From the human T2T-CHM13v2.0 reference genome, Homo sapiens, in assembly GCF_009914755.1 (NCBI RefSeq), contig NC_060933.1: a stretch of 64,000 nt of DNA; one strand, written 5' to 3'. Of the stretch, positions 1 to 12,359 are shown in pieces; the first letter of the stretch is position 1; each line of letters starts with the position of its first letter. Below the pieces are notes generated by a model. The model had not been told where the DNA came from, searched no databases, and saw only the letters and a program-made list of their open reading frames with translations. Both the position numbers and the translations under genes were made by a program.

Positions 1-1511
1 AGGGAGCGGGAGAGAGAAAGAGACAGAATAATTGAGCACTTAGCATATGTCAAGCACTGTGTGAGGTGTTTTCATGAGTTATTTCATGTATTCCTTATCA
101 CAACCTCAGGAGGTCTACACTTTTATTTTTCCCATTAAATGAATGAGTTCATTGAGACTCAGAGAAATTGTCACATGTTCAAGGTCACATCTCAAGTAGA
201 TGAGAGAGCTGGGGCATATACTTAAATCTTTCTGATGTTCCATTCTACATTTTAAATTATTGCAAACTTTCAGGATGGAGAGAGGTTGGGAGGGAGGGAA
301 AGAGGTCAAAGAGGCAGAGAAAAAAGAAGAGGTAGACATTGAGAATGAGTCCACAAGTACATGAGAGAGAAGGATAGAAACAAAGATTCTCTCTGAGACT
401 ACGTGACCACTTGGAGACCCTGCCCAGGCAGGAGGCAAATGAGGTCATTAAATCCATCTGCGCAGATGGGAGGCTCTCTGGGGAAAGTTATATGCAAATG
501 TCATGATGCAATGAGGTGAAATCTACTTGCGTTAGTTCAGGTGGGGACTCAAGCAGGAACTGCACTGTGCTCTTTGGAAAGATAGATTATCTCCTGGATG
601 GGGAAGACACTCACTCTGTTGGGCTCTTCCTATCAGTTTGCAGAAAGGAAAGCTGGCCAAGGTCACAGAGCACATGAAGGAACGAACTGGCAACTGTATT
701 GAACTCAGTTCTCTCACTTGTTCGTATGCTAAAATCTGCTTCCCAGGTCCTTCAAATTTGGTGCAAAACCACCATGCGATCTATTCCCTACTCAGGATTC
801 CAAGCCTCCCAGAAGGTGGTCTAGCTTCCCTGAGACATGCTTTTTGTTTTCATCATTGCCTACTAAAGTCAAAGTGACCAGTATGTGCAGAGACTTATGT
901 TTTCTCAAAAGACACTTCCACATCCTTTCTTTCACTTGATCACTTATACATCAGATATTCCATTACACAGTTCTATTAATCAACTTTGCTATAGTGCACG
1001 ACAATTTTCCACCCATGATTTTACTCAGCTCCTATAGTTTAAAATACAAAGTGGGTCTTATTATATCAGCTCTACATAGGGACCTGAGGCTCTGAGATAA
1101 GTAAGTAGCTTGTTTTACTTTAAATACCAGACTTGACACTTATTATTACTTTTGGCAAATTCTTATTCCTTTCTGAGCTTCAGTTTCCCCATCAATAAAA
1201 GGGTGATTGTTGCAGCATCTGTCTTATAGAGTTGTCAAAAGTGTTTTCTTGTTTGGAAATCACTGAGTACATTGCCTTACCCCATAGCAAATGCCTGACC
1301 CATAGCAAGTGCCTCTGCAAATGAAAACTGCTGTGATTATGATCATGGTGTGCTCGATAAAAGTTATCACCAGGATAGCAAGAAGCAGAGCCATAACTTG
1401 AACTTGAACCTTCTGCTCCTCAAATCCAGTGATTGTATCCCTGCGCTGCACTGCCTTTCTGATCATTACTGCTTCAGACCAAATCACCTGATTCACTTCT
1501 TCTTTCTGCAG

Positions 1512-1619
1512 GTCACCCCATTCCCTATGTCCTGTGACCTACAAGGTGACTGTGCTTGTCGGGACCCCCAGGCCCAAGAACACAGCCGGAAAGACCTCCG
1601 GGGATACAGCCATGGCTAA
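1512..1619 (+). CDS. PAPPA: Pappalysin-1 (PAPP-A), final coding exon
   Basis: Polypyrimidine tract and acceptor ttcttctttctgcAG (AG 1510-1511), phase 0. Encodes VTPFPMSCDLQGDCACRDPQAQEHSRKDLRGYSHG* (TAA 1617-1619), which I recognise as the PAPP-A C-terminus. Confidence 0.97.
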   Translation, partial: VTPFPMSCDLQGDCACRDPQAQEHSRKDLRGYSHG

Positions 1620-3463
1620 GGAAGGACAAGAAGTTGTCAAAGAATTCCCAACGCCAGGACCCACATCCCTTTGGTATTGATTTCACAGTCAGCTGCTCAA
1701 CGGAATGGCCTCTCCACACCAGGGATCCTTAGCACCCAACCGGTCTGCCTTTAATTTTACCCAGGAAGGACTCACATTGGGGCGAATGAACCAAGTTTCG
1801 CCATGCTGGATGATGAAATGGATTCCCATCCCAAAGTCTGAGATGGATTGCATATACAGTGTGCAGTCCCAGAGCCTCCTAAAATTCTAGCCATTTGTCA
1901 CACAACCACAGCAAGAAACGTGTTCTATATCTAGAGTGTGCCCATCTGTGTTTAGTACACATGCATGCATACACACCCATACAAACATCTGTGTGAGGGC
2001 AGTTCTGGAGATGAGCAGAGAGAGACCGGAATAAACTCAATCTTTTCTTTCCCAAGCTCCTAGCCAACACTATCCTTGGGAGAAAGAAATTTGCAGAAAC
2101 TGCTAAGACCAAGTGTGGAGATGTCAAGCTAGTTCACACTCTGAGGCTCAGAATATGTAGGACATGCACAATTGTGCAGTCCTTTGGGATTGGAAGTGAA
2201 ACAGTCTGTGATCCCCTACCTTCTAGGGAACTAGGACCTAGGAAGAGGTAAAGATTATCAGGTATGCAAAGCGCCCCAATTCTTCTGCTGCCATGGGGGA
2301 TTTTACCCCAACTCCAGGGTTCGAGGCCAATCTGAGAATGGCTTAGGATTGCAATGTCAAGGTATTATATCAGCCCCTTGCTTGAGGCTTGAGGTCATAA
2401 TATCCCTCTAGGACTTACCTGTTCCCCCAGATCTTGCCTTGGGACCACATTTGCTGCTACTTTTCCTGCTGCTCTATCCTATACATTGAATAATCCAAGA
2501 TGGTAGAACTAGGTTAGGAAAAATTCCACACAACCAAACAGTCTGCCTTAAAAGTGACCCACATTTTTCCATAGCTCCTCACTTTTTAGCCCTTCTGCAA
2601 GAGAAAAACCCTCATGGGTCCACATGGTGAGAAGTTAAGTTTCCTGTAAGTGGGCCTCTCACCCTGGAAAGGAGTTGAGGGACATCAGATGCTGGAACCC
2701 TCACTGAAAGTCCAGAATGTCTAAGCCAGTGTTAGATTTTGTAAACAAGTGGAACAGTGTTAAATTTCTATGATGTTGGAGCCATCCAGAGACTACTGGA
2801 ATTGTCGAGACTTTTGGATTATTATCCTTATCCTTATCCTAATCTTCCTAGCCCTTCAGGCTAGAGTAGGCTTCGATCCTGAGAACCTTGCTGTTGCTCT
2901 GAGGAGATATAATTCTGGGAGAAAGAATCTTTTATAAGAACAGTACAGATTGTTCTCAAGAGGGCCATCAGAAGGAAGCCAAAGAGTTCACAGCCTCAGC
3001 ACCAACAACTCAACATGGTCATCATGTTTTCTATATGGTTTTTCCAGCTAGCAGTACTCCCTTCCATACCTGTGACTGGGCAGTGCTTTTCTCTCTCCCA
3101 TGTCTAGCCTCCAAAAGTTAAGTGAAAATTAGTCAACTGCACGTGGAAGCCCCCACCACTTTGGGGATCTCTTTATTTCTTTTCAGCCAGGGACCTGTCC
3201 ACTCCCTTTGAATTAATATGGGAAGAAATTAATACAGGATGAACTGGAGAGAAGGGTTGAGTGTGGCATACTTTCTGAAACCTGGAGCTGGGAATTGCGG
3301 AGAAGGGAAGGTCTAGACTAGTTACATCACATAGGGATTACTGTAAATCAAGTCATCTCAAGTCTAGTGAAGACAGCCAACAGAAACAAAACCTAGCATA
3401 GGGATAGAAAATACCATGCACGTGTGCAGCCCCACCTAATTCCTGCATCCAAGGCAGGTGTTG

Positions 3464-3790
3464 TTAATCTATCATAGCACTTAAAAAAAAAAAAAAAAAA
3501 GAGACCAAAAATAACCTTAGGAACCACCATATTATATCACTCCCAATAGCACTGACCTGGTGATCAAAAACACTTGAGAAGACATCTATTGGCCATCTCT
3601 GGCCAATTACACTAAGAAACATATCAAGGTGCTTTTGGCACAGGTGCCCACAAATACGGATGCAGTGCTGAGATAGTTTATGAGACTTGTACCATTTCAC
3701 AAACTCTGAAATTGGGTTCCATATTGGCAAGGCTGCCACAGTTGTTAAGAATAATCCTCTATGTTTCTTCCTCACAAAACCATATCTCAT
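3464..3790 (-). ncRNA. PAPPA-AS1: PAPPA antisense transcript (PAPPA-AS1/DIPAS) with its putative ~100-aa ORF; coding status doubtful, transcript ends not determined
   Basis: ORF MRYGFVRKKHRGLFLTTVAALPIWNPISEF... matches my recollection of the annotated PAPPAS protein and lies antisense within the PAPPA 3' UTR. Confidence 0.7.
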
Positions 3791-5022
3791 TTATATCCAG
3801 ACCATTACTTCACTATAATTACAAGGACAAATTATTAGCAAGAAATAAGAATAGTATTAGAAGAATTGATCCTATTTTGAACCCCTCTCCAGTATCTTCA
3901 CACTCTTGTCAACTCTCCAGGCCTCTCTCTTGCCCTGAGTTATCAGCCTGTGTGGTGTTAACTACCTTAGAAGGTACGAGCTAAGAAATGTAACAGTATC
4001 AACCCTCCCAGTTGCTTAATTATACCCATAGGTAATACAAAAAGCTCTGAAGACCCAAAGATGACATTACTAATGATGTGATTTCAGGAGCCACAGAAGA
4101 ACCTTACCAGCTTCCCTCAAATCAGTCCTTATCCTCTTTCTATCTTCACTCCCATCATCATCTATTTTCACACTATCCAGCTAAGCAAAGATTCCTGGAG
4201 GCTGACTTGTATCTTCAGACTCACAGAGTGAATTCAGCTCTTCTGAATCAAGACCCACCCAGTCTCTTTCATTCAGACCTGTTGCTAACAAATTTATATT
4301 TGCCAAGGATATTAGGCAAAAGAGGCTACTTGATTGGTGGCCAACCTCGTGCCCACATGGAAGGTATCTTTAATAGGGTCTTTTCAAACCTTAGTGGAGG
4401 AGGGTCAGCTCAATTTGGGCAATGCATTTGTTCCCAGTTTCATTTTCTTCCTGGGAATTAACTCGTCATTTCATTCCTTCAGTCATCTTCTGTGTAGGTG
4501 ACCGGAGCACTGAGAGGCAGCTCTGATGCACTATTGTGTGTCAGCAGCTCAAAGGCCCTAAAACACTGAAGGTTCTGCATCTGAAGTATTAGATTGTTAG
4601 CAGCAAAATATGAAAGATGAGGTGGACAGTCCTCTAAGCCCTATTTAGGGAAGCTTTTCCAAGCCACAATCTTAACTACCTACCCAAAGGATTTGCATTA
4701 CCCCCAGATTCTGTGCCAACAACCTTTTAAGGAAATACAGTCCTTGGGAAATGAGTTTTGATGGTGAATTGGGGTGTTAAGGAAGGGAAAGATTGTCATA
4801 GATGGTAGGGCTTTGAAAATGCAGGGTATCAGCTGCCACTCCTGGCTTCAACACATTGAGTCACTGCCTAGACGGTTCTCTTGGTCTTATTCCCATCCTG
4901 GCCAATGCTTAAATACTATTTGTTGAAAATAATTCTTTGAGACAGATTTCAGCTACCTCCCTTCCAGGTTCGATTTAACTTGGTTGTAATTGTCAATTTG
5001 TTGTTATAGGTCTTACCTGTGT

Positions 5023-5062
5023 GAAAGAAAGAAAAAGAAAGAAAGAAAGAAAGAGAAAGGAA
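5023..5062 (+). repeat. (GAAA)n microsatellite in PAPPA 3' UTR
   Basis: gaaagaaagaaaaagaaagaaagaaagaaag. Confidence 0.9.
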
Positions 5063-5849
5063 ATTATAAGGTCAAGTTAACAGTTTTGAGGTTTTGTGTT
5101 TTTTTCTGGAACTACTTCAAGTGAGAAAATAAAAAAAAATGGTGACAAAGCTGTACAGATAGAGATAATAGAAGACAAAGAGATTAAAAGGAAATAAAAA
5201 TGCATGATTAAAAACTAAGAATAAAAAACCTATTTTTATGTTTCCTAAAGGAAATTGTTTATTCTACAGACTCAGTAGGTAGACACAAACATAAAGATTT
5301 CCCTAGAAGACATAGAGTGGGATTTGATAACACTGTCTGTTATTTTCTGTACATTGTGGTAGGTCCAGGAAATATGACATTTTCCCCCTTGATGTGTTAT
5401 TGTTGTTGTTGGGTGGGGTGGGCATTTTGTTTATTTGTTTGGTGGCAATCAGTGGTAGTAGGGAGTGGGAGGGCTTATATTGGTTTTTCCAGCTATTAAG
5501 GGGACATATTGTGTCGTTGTGCTTTTCACGTTATAAAATGTTTATATTTACCAGTACAGCACTGGGCTTTATAAAGACTGCACTCAGAACCACACTGCAC
5601 AGTCCAGTTTTTTAAAAAGCTGCTACATGACAGACAGGTAATCCCACTGAGTGAGTTTTGAGAAACAAATCAAACGAAGTAAACAAGAAACATAAAAACC
5701 AAATAGCAAATGAATAAAAGCCTGTTCTTGTAACTTATTCAACTTTTGCCAAATTCCTACCAATCACTTGCTTTTTAAAAGAAATGTATAATAGCCAAAA
5801 GAGAAATTATGTCCCTGTTGTACAGAAGTTAGAATTTTTGACTCCAGGC

Positions 5850-5960
5850 AGCAGTTTGCTCAGTGATCTTGAACAAGTTATCCAATTGCCTCTACATTTG
5901 CATCAGTTTCTCTAGCTGCAAAATGGGGATAATACTATATACCTACCTCACAGTGGGAGG
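5850..5960 (+). mobile_element. MIR fragment in PAPPA 3' UTR
   Basis: gtgatcttgaacaagtta...cagtttctctagctgcaaaatggggataata...acctacctcacag resembles the MIR core. Confidence 0.7.
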
Positions 5961-7302
5961 GCAGGAGATTTTGAGGCCCTGAGGTTTTAGGTGGGCTGTG
6001 AGGGCCAACGCTTGACACAAAGTCCATGGGTTATTATTCAAGAATGCACAGGCCCATCGGCCTTTTAGAAAGACAAGACAGGGAGTGCTTGTTTGATATT
6101 TCAAGGAATAAAGCCGGAGCTCCTGAATTGTAGTCCACCTTAAAAGAGAGACCTGTATTGGAGAATATTTTATTTTTTTGGCAAATTTGATCTTACCCTT
6201 TACCAGTTCTATAATTTGGTTAAAAGCTGATTACGTCCTACAATGTCAAAGTCAGCTAACTGTCGTCTACTTAAGACTTCTGGTCATTTCCAACTTATAG
6301 AGGAAGGGAGTCTCTAAAATCTCTTCTTCAGAAGGCACCTCACTTCTCAGACTTAAAATTCCACATCAAGTGTTCCATTAAAAGAAGATAAGGCATTCTG
6401 AGTGCAAACAAATGGGGGCTTCTTAAACTACACACCAGCAGTCAGTGAGGAAAACTTTGAACAATTATTGAGTTGCTTTCTTGGGTCTCTATAATCAATA
6501 ACCTGTCTGCAGATATCTATCTATATAAAGATATTATATATAAATATAAATTTACATATATATGCACATGTATATATAGTTGTACATATATGTGTGTATA
6601 TATATACTTAAATGTAATATTTACAAAATAAAACTGTGATCTCGTCTAGAGAAAATGTATTCATATTACAAACTGCTCTTCCATATTTATGTACCATATT
6701 ATACCTTTTTATTGTTGTTATAATTATTATGGGTATTTCTAATTAATATGATGTTGAAACCTGTTTGGCACCTTCTGGAAGCTACCAAAAAAATGACACT
6801 CCATTGAAGTGCTTAAAAGCTGTTCTCATAAGAATTCTACTGGCCTATTGTAAAAAAGAAAAAAAAAAAAAGAAAAAGAAGAAAGACACAAAGAAAATAA
6901 TCTAAACACCAAAAACTAAACACAATTCCAATCCTTTTTCTGTACCTCACGCGCATAAATTTGCTGCTCCTATTTTTTTTTCTGTTTATGTGTTTTTATG
7001 GATCTAAGTTAAATCTTTTGGCAATATATAAAAATGTAAATAGTAAACTTTATTTATTAAGAATGTCATCTTTTTTAATTTATATTTACACAATTGTTCA
7101 TCTAATTTATTTTTTCTATACAGTTTTAAATACTCAGACATATTTTGCTGTTCATGATATTTTTATCCTGTTCTCATGGATTTGTTTTCCCATACTGTTT
7201 TCTCTGATCTCAATTACAGGTTGGATCTCACAAATAATAATGTCAGAGACAGAAATATTTTGCCACTGTTGATTACTATACTTTAAAGTTCTATATTATG
7301 AA

Positions 7303-7356
7303 AATATATAATAGCTTGTACGCTTCAGTGTGTTGTTGTGTGGTTTTTGTGTGTTG
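7303..7356 (+). terminator. PAPPA: Distal PAPPA polyadenylation site (variant AATATA hexamer, CA cleavage site, GU-rich downstream element)
   Basis: AATATA 7303-7308, CA 7326-7327, then gtgtgttgttgtgtggtttttgtgtgttg. Confidence 0.7.
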
Positions 7357-7855
7357 CGGAATGATAAAGGGCTGTCATATATACACGCTAACATGGAGAG
7401 AGCCCTGGGGCCTGGAATTAGACAATCAATGATAGAACAAGATTTTATCCAATATATATCGATTCCTCTACAAAATTAATTCCTGAAAGTATCTAATTTT
7501 GCATATGCAAAAACTGAAAAACTTTCTTACATGTTATAAGAAAGTTCTGGGGAGCTAAAGCATATGTCACTCTTGGTTATATATTGCCTTTTGCACACAG
7601 CCTTTAATAATATACTTCCAGATGTAAACACTGGTATGGTCCAAAGACACAAACCAGTGCAGTGGTTCCCAAGTGCTAAGCTGTGGATCAGAGCTAGTTC
7701 ATAACTAAGTTTTCATTTGTCTAAGGCAAAATGTGGGGTCAATTGTTCATTCTTGTGGAGTTCTATCTTTTAAGATGAACTCTTTCTTACTCTTCCGGTA
7801 TTAAAATGTCATATTTTATATACATATATACACACAATATATGCATATGCAGGCT

Positions 7856-7886
7856 CATATATACATATATATATATATATGTATCT

Positions 7887-7929
<43 letters not shown>
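7856..7929. repeat. (TA)n(CA)n microsatellite
   Basis: Direct inspection. Confidence 0.95.
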
Positions 7930-8875
7930 ATTTTACATATGTGAAAATGAGCCTGCAGCTGGAACTGAAATGTTGCTGCTTTCAATCTGTCTAGTGTATC
8001 TCACTGTTCATCTTATCACTAGGTAGTAGCTATGAGATTTTTAGAAAATTATTTAATGGCTTTAAGATTTAGTTTTCCCATATGTGATATGGAAATAATA
8101 AAAGTATTTCATAAGGTTTTTGCTAGAATTAAATGAGATAAATATGCAAAGTGTTTAGAACAGTGCTGAACATATTATATTATCTCATTATGAGTAGTAT
8201 GAGACCAGAATTACTTATGACAAGTAATAATACACTAATTTTTCTGATATCTACTTATTTTATAAGATAATAGAAACAAAATGCATGAATCATTCAAGAG
8301 CTTGCACAGGCATTTTATGTAGTAAATTTATTAGCACTGTCCACTGAGCTGCTAGCTGGCAGTACCACCATAAGGCAGGTCAAAATATGTGTTTATCTGC
8401 TGATAACTACATTTTGAATTTTTCACAAAAAGGCTGTGTGGGAACATCAATGTGAATTATGTGTAAGGGCAGGGATAGGGAAGTCAAGAACTACTCATAG
8501 TGGGGTGGCTTTTGTTTGGACTCTAAAAATATAACTCATGGAGAAACATTAGGGAGACTACTAAAAAAGAAAAAAAAAGTCATTGCTAAATTCTTCCAGA
8601 TAACTGGTTATTTTCAAAGTAAAATAATTGACAAAAGAAAAATATTTTACACAGTTCTATTCAATGTGAAGATTGAAACAACATTTAGACAATAGGCTCC
8701 TGAAAAGAGGCAAATATTTCTCAAACAGAAAGATTAAAAGATGAGAGTTTTAATGTGGCTTTTTATATTCCTTGGTTTCGTCTGAAGAGACAAAAAGTCA
8801 TGGGGCAAAGAGCTTCCTACTTCAAGATGAAAGATCTTTATCCCAGTATCTTCTTCCATCTTTCTCCAGCCCTAA

Positions 8876-8932
8876 ACACACACACACATGGACACACACG
8901 CACACACATACACATACACAGACACACACACA
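8876..8932. repeat. Imperfect (CA)n
   Basis: Direct inspection. Confidence 0.9.
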
Positions 8933-10049
8933 GAGTAATGGAGAGCTCACTGGACTTTATTAATCTGTCAAATGGGAAATTATTTCTTTCTCACTTCAAA
9001 GTAGGCAGAAATATTCAGTATTTTGATTCATTTATATTTATAATGCAAGTTTTGGAGTTTGTCTATCCAAAAAAAAATAATGTTTCAGTTTAAAAAATTT
9101 GGAGGGGGCACTCTATTATGCTGCACTGGCATTAGTAAATCTATTCAGTTCTTAACCTTTAACACCAGAAATAAAAAGTTTGGACAAAAGCACAGACTCT
9201 CTAACCTTCAATCCATAAGAAACCTTGCTTCTTTGAGTAAATGCTTTAAATTCTAAAGGAATGATGTTTAAGGTGAGAAACAGCGGTGCTGTACAGAAGC
9301 ATGAGTTAGCAATGGGGGAAACCAAGTTCAAGTACTGTCCACCCTGTGACTTGGGCAAGGCACTGACCTTTTCAGAGACAGAAGGAATTGGCAATGAGAA
9401 AAAGCAGGTGGTGTGTTTAAGCAAATGGAACCAGCAGGTGCGTCCTTCTAAGTAAGAAAAAGTGTGACACTTTCAAAGAACTGAAAAAAAAGCCAATGCG
9501 TTTAGACAGTAGAAAGGGTATCAGTGGCCCAACCAGAGGATGGAGAAGTCACTAAGAGCCATACAAAGGATTTGGGGCTCTATCTTAACAGCAATGCAGA
9601 GCTGCTGAACAATATTTAGAGATTTACATGGTCAGATTTGTGGTTGAGAAAGGTCCCTCGGGTGGCAGTGTGAAGGAGTTGACTGATTAATTTTAGATGT
9701 GTTTTTTTTCCTTCTTTTAATTAATAGACTGGGTATTTAATTAAAAACCTATTTCTTAAATAAGTTTTTAGTTCATAGAAAAATTGAGCAGGGAGTAAAA
9801 TTCACATTAGATTTCAGTTTTAAACAATAAAATATTGGAACAGGAAAATCTAGCTATTTTCTAGGACCAGCTATCAGGAAAATATAGAAACCTAAGACCA
9901 TGTGATCAGGTTTGTAGGCTTGCGAATTCAAACAATGTCCTTGATGACTCCTCAGTGATGTTGTCATAAGGTCTCAAAATGAGATAGGAAGGCTTTGGGA
10001 AAGGGGTCAGAATGGAATTAGGTGAGATCTGGGATCATAGCCTCTTACA

Positions 10050-10195
10050 TGCTGTGTTACCATGCAGTGCTGGTAATGTTCTGTTTCTTGATTTGGGTGC
10101 TGTTTACACAATTCTGTTCAGCTTATGAAAATTCATCAAGCACTTAAAAGTTCACATGCTTTTCTGTATGTATATTATATCTCGATATGAAGAAG
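10050..10195 (+). mobile_element. Ancient L1M(E/C) 3'-end fragment
   Basis: ctggtaatgttctgtttcttgatttgggtgctg...aaaattcatcaagc...tgtatgtatattatat is typical of old L1 3' UTRs. Confidence 0.55.
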
Positions 10196-10792
10196 TTTTA
10201 AGAGAGTCATCCGCAAAATTTCTCCGTAGAAAGAAGACATTTTTTCAGAGCAATTGGGGGAAGGAGAATAAGACACCATTTAAGTTCAGCCACAAAAGTT
10301 GCCCCCCTATAACACCTTTTGTACTATAAAACTGGTATACAGGGGAAATGTCAAAGGGGAAATGTTAGCAAAGATTCCTTAAAATACAACAGTTTTATAA
10401 TACAAAAGGTAGAGCAGGGAAGCAATGTGTGTTGGCATTGTGGAAGTATGAGTAGGTAGGAGTCCTAGTTTCCAGTTCTGCTATTCTGCTTTATAGCCCT
10501 GTGATCATTGACAAGTCACTTAACCTTTAAGCCTCATGACTCCTCATTTGAGCAATAGGGATAATGATTACCAAGATGAAGATGAGATGAGCTGTCTGAG
10601 CCTGCTGCTAACTGAGCACCATGACGGAACACTAAGAGATGCTATGGAGAAGCCAGTGAAGAAGCAGCCAAAACAATGGAATTTATCCCCTGAGGAACCC
10701 CATCCTACCCCAAACAGAGCTAGACTAGTTTTTAATTTGCTTTACCCAAAGATATTCCATGTACTGACAATGAACCCCTGCCACCATATATC

Positions 10793-11093
10793 TTTTTTTT
10801 TTTTTTTTTTTTTTGAGACGGAGACTCGCTCTGTTGCCCAGACTGTGCCGTGGCACAATCTTGGCTCACTACAACCTCTGCCTCCCAGGTTCAAGCAATT
10901 ATCCTGCCTCAGCCTCCTGAGTAGCTGGGATTACAGGTACCTCCCACCATGGCTGGCTAATTTTTGTATTTTTAATAGAGACAAGGTTTTGCCATGTTGG
11001 CCAGGCTGGTCTCAAACTCCTGACCTTCAGCAGTTCACTTGCCTCGGCCCCTCAAAGTGCTGGGATTACAGGCGTGAGCCACCGTGCCCAGCC
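10793..11093 (-). mobile_element. AluS
   Basis: Poly-T followed by full reverse Alu dimer. Confidence 0.95.
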
Positions 11094-12359
11094 CCTATAT
11101 CCAATTTTGATATCTACTTTCTCCTACGCTGGGTTTTATATCCTTGAGGGGCTGCCGCAGATGTAATTGAATCAGTCAAACATTCTCAGAAATTTGGGCC
11201 ACAGAATCCATTCTTCAAGTGCAAAATTTATTTGAAATGCCAAGTCAAAAGAGCTTCTCTAATCAAAGAGGGGATGGGGTAGCCCAATTCCTATAGCTCC
11301 ATTCTATTTTCTTCAGAGCTTTGGGGTTCCAAAGAGCATGATGTAAAAGCAATTGGTCTAATCTACTCTGTTTTACAGACGGGGAAATTAACAGAGGTTT
11401 CATTCAGAATTTGAACTTGCCACTTGCCCAGAGCCCCTGAGTAGAAAACACAGTGACATCACTAACTAACTTGCCCCTGCTGCTACCTGGTACCTGGGCT
11501 CTCCCCACAGGGGTCTTGATGAAATGCAGAGATCTGTGGAGTCTTAGAAATCTGGGCTTCATGCCTAGGGACAAAATGAGGGGGATTTGAAGGCAGTGAA
11601 GGACCACAGTTTTTGAGATGCTCTGTTTTCTTTCTGCTTGACATGTAGCCCAGCCACAGACTACCCTGGGAGTGGGAAGTTTGTTATCTCCATATTTTTC
11701 TGAGGCTGGAACATGTATATTCCAGCCTGGACTACATGCTTAGCTGAATGTTTTTATTTCCCTCTTTAATCTTTGGCACTCCAAACAGAATTTTTCCCAG
11801 AGGCTGCGGAGATGGTGACCAAGTTTCTTAGACAACGTCTGGGTGTCAGCTTGTTAAAATCATATTAGAAATAGTTCTTTCCATATGTATACCACTTTAT
11901 ACCACAGAAAAACACATTTGTTAACTTATGAAAGTATTCATTTACTCAAATATTTTTGAACAATTGTTTATTGAGCATTATTATGCACAATTCATTGGAC
12001 TAAACACTGATAAGAGTGGTGGCCAAGACAGACATCCACAGCCATTTTCCTTACAGAGTATCCAAATATTCCAAATACAAAGACAAGCAACTAGCTCATT
12101 GGAGTGCAATGTGTGAGGTGTTGCAAATGGGGAAACCCATTGCAGAATAAAATGGCCAATATTGCACGCAGAGAAAACAGCATGTGCAAAGACCAAACGG
12201 GTGAATTAGGGCATGGCTTGTTTGGGGAATAGTAAGTGTTCAGGCCACCAGGATCTCAATTTGGAAGAAGGGGAACAAGAAACCACACTGGGGAAGAAAG
12301 ATGCCAGGTGATGTCAGAGAGTTAGAAAGAGACCAGCTGCCAAGAGCTTTGTAAATGCA

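Larger units (their letters stand above)
1620..7327 (+). other. PAPPA: Long PAPPA 3' UTR
   Basis: Follows the stop codon; largely free of young TEs; AU-rich distal part; ends at a poly(A)-site-like motif at ~7303-7356. Confidence 0.85.

Noticed and set aside
1281-1314. Short tandem duplications (also ~40503-40540 and 59289-59342)
   Set aside because: Ordinary slippage duplications, mostly in old repeats, with no functional indication.
1350-1511. N-terminal part of the 89-aa ORF; likewise the extensions of ORFs 30841..31182, 45535..45927 and 47453..47650 beyond the splice sites
   Set aside because: Intronic in-frame read-through beyond the splice sites; only the exon portions match the proteins.
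10536-11147. 203-aa ORF, and similar ORFs at 17255, 26596, 33888, 37555, 44134, 54016, 58441 and 59825
   Set aside because: Translations of Alu sequence ([18 protein letters not shown].../[18 protein letters not shown]); no splice or coding context.
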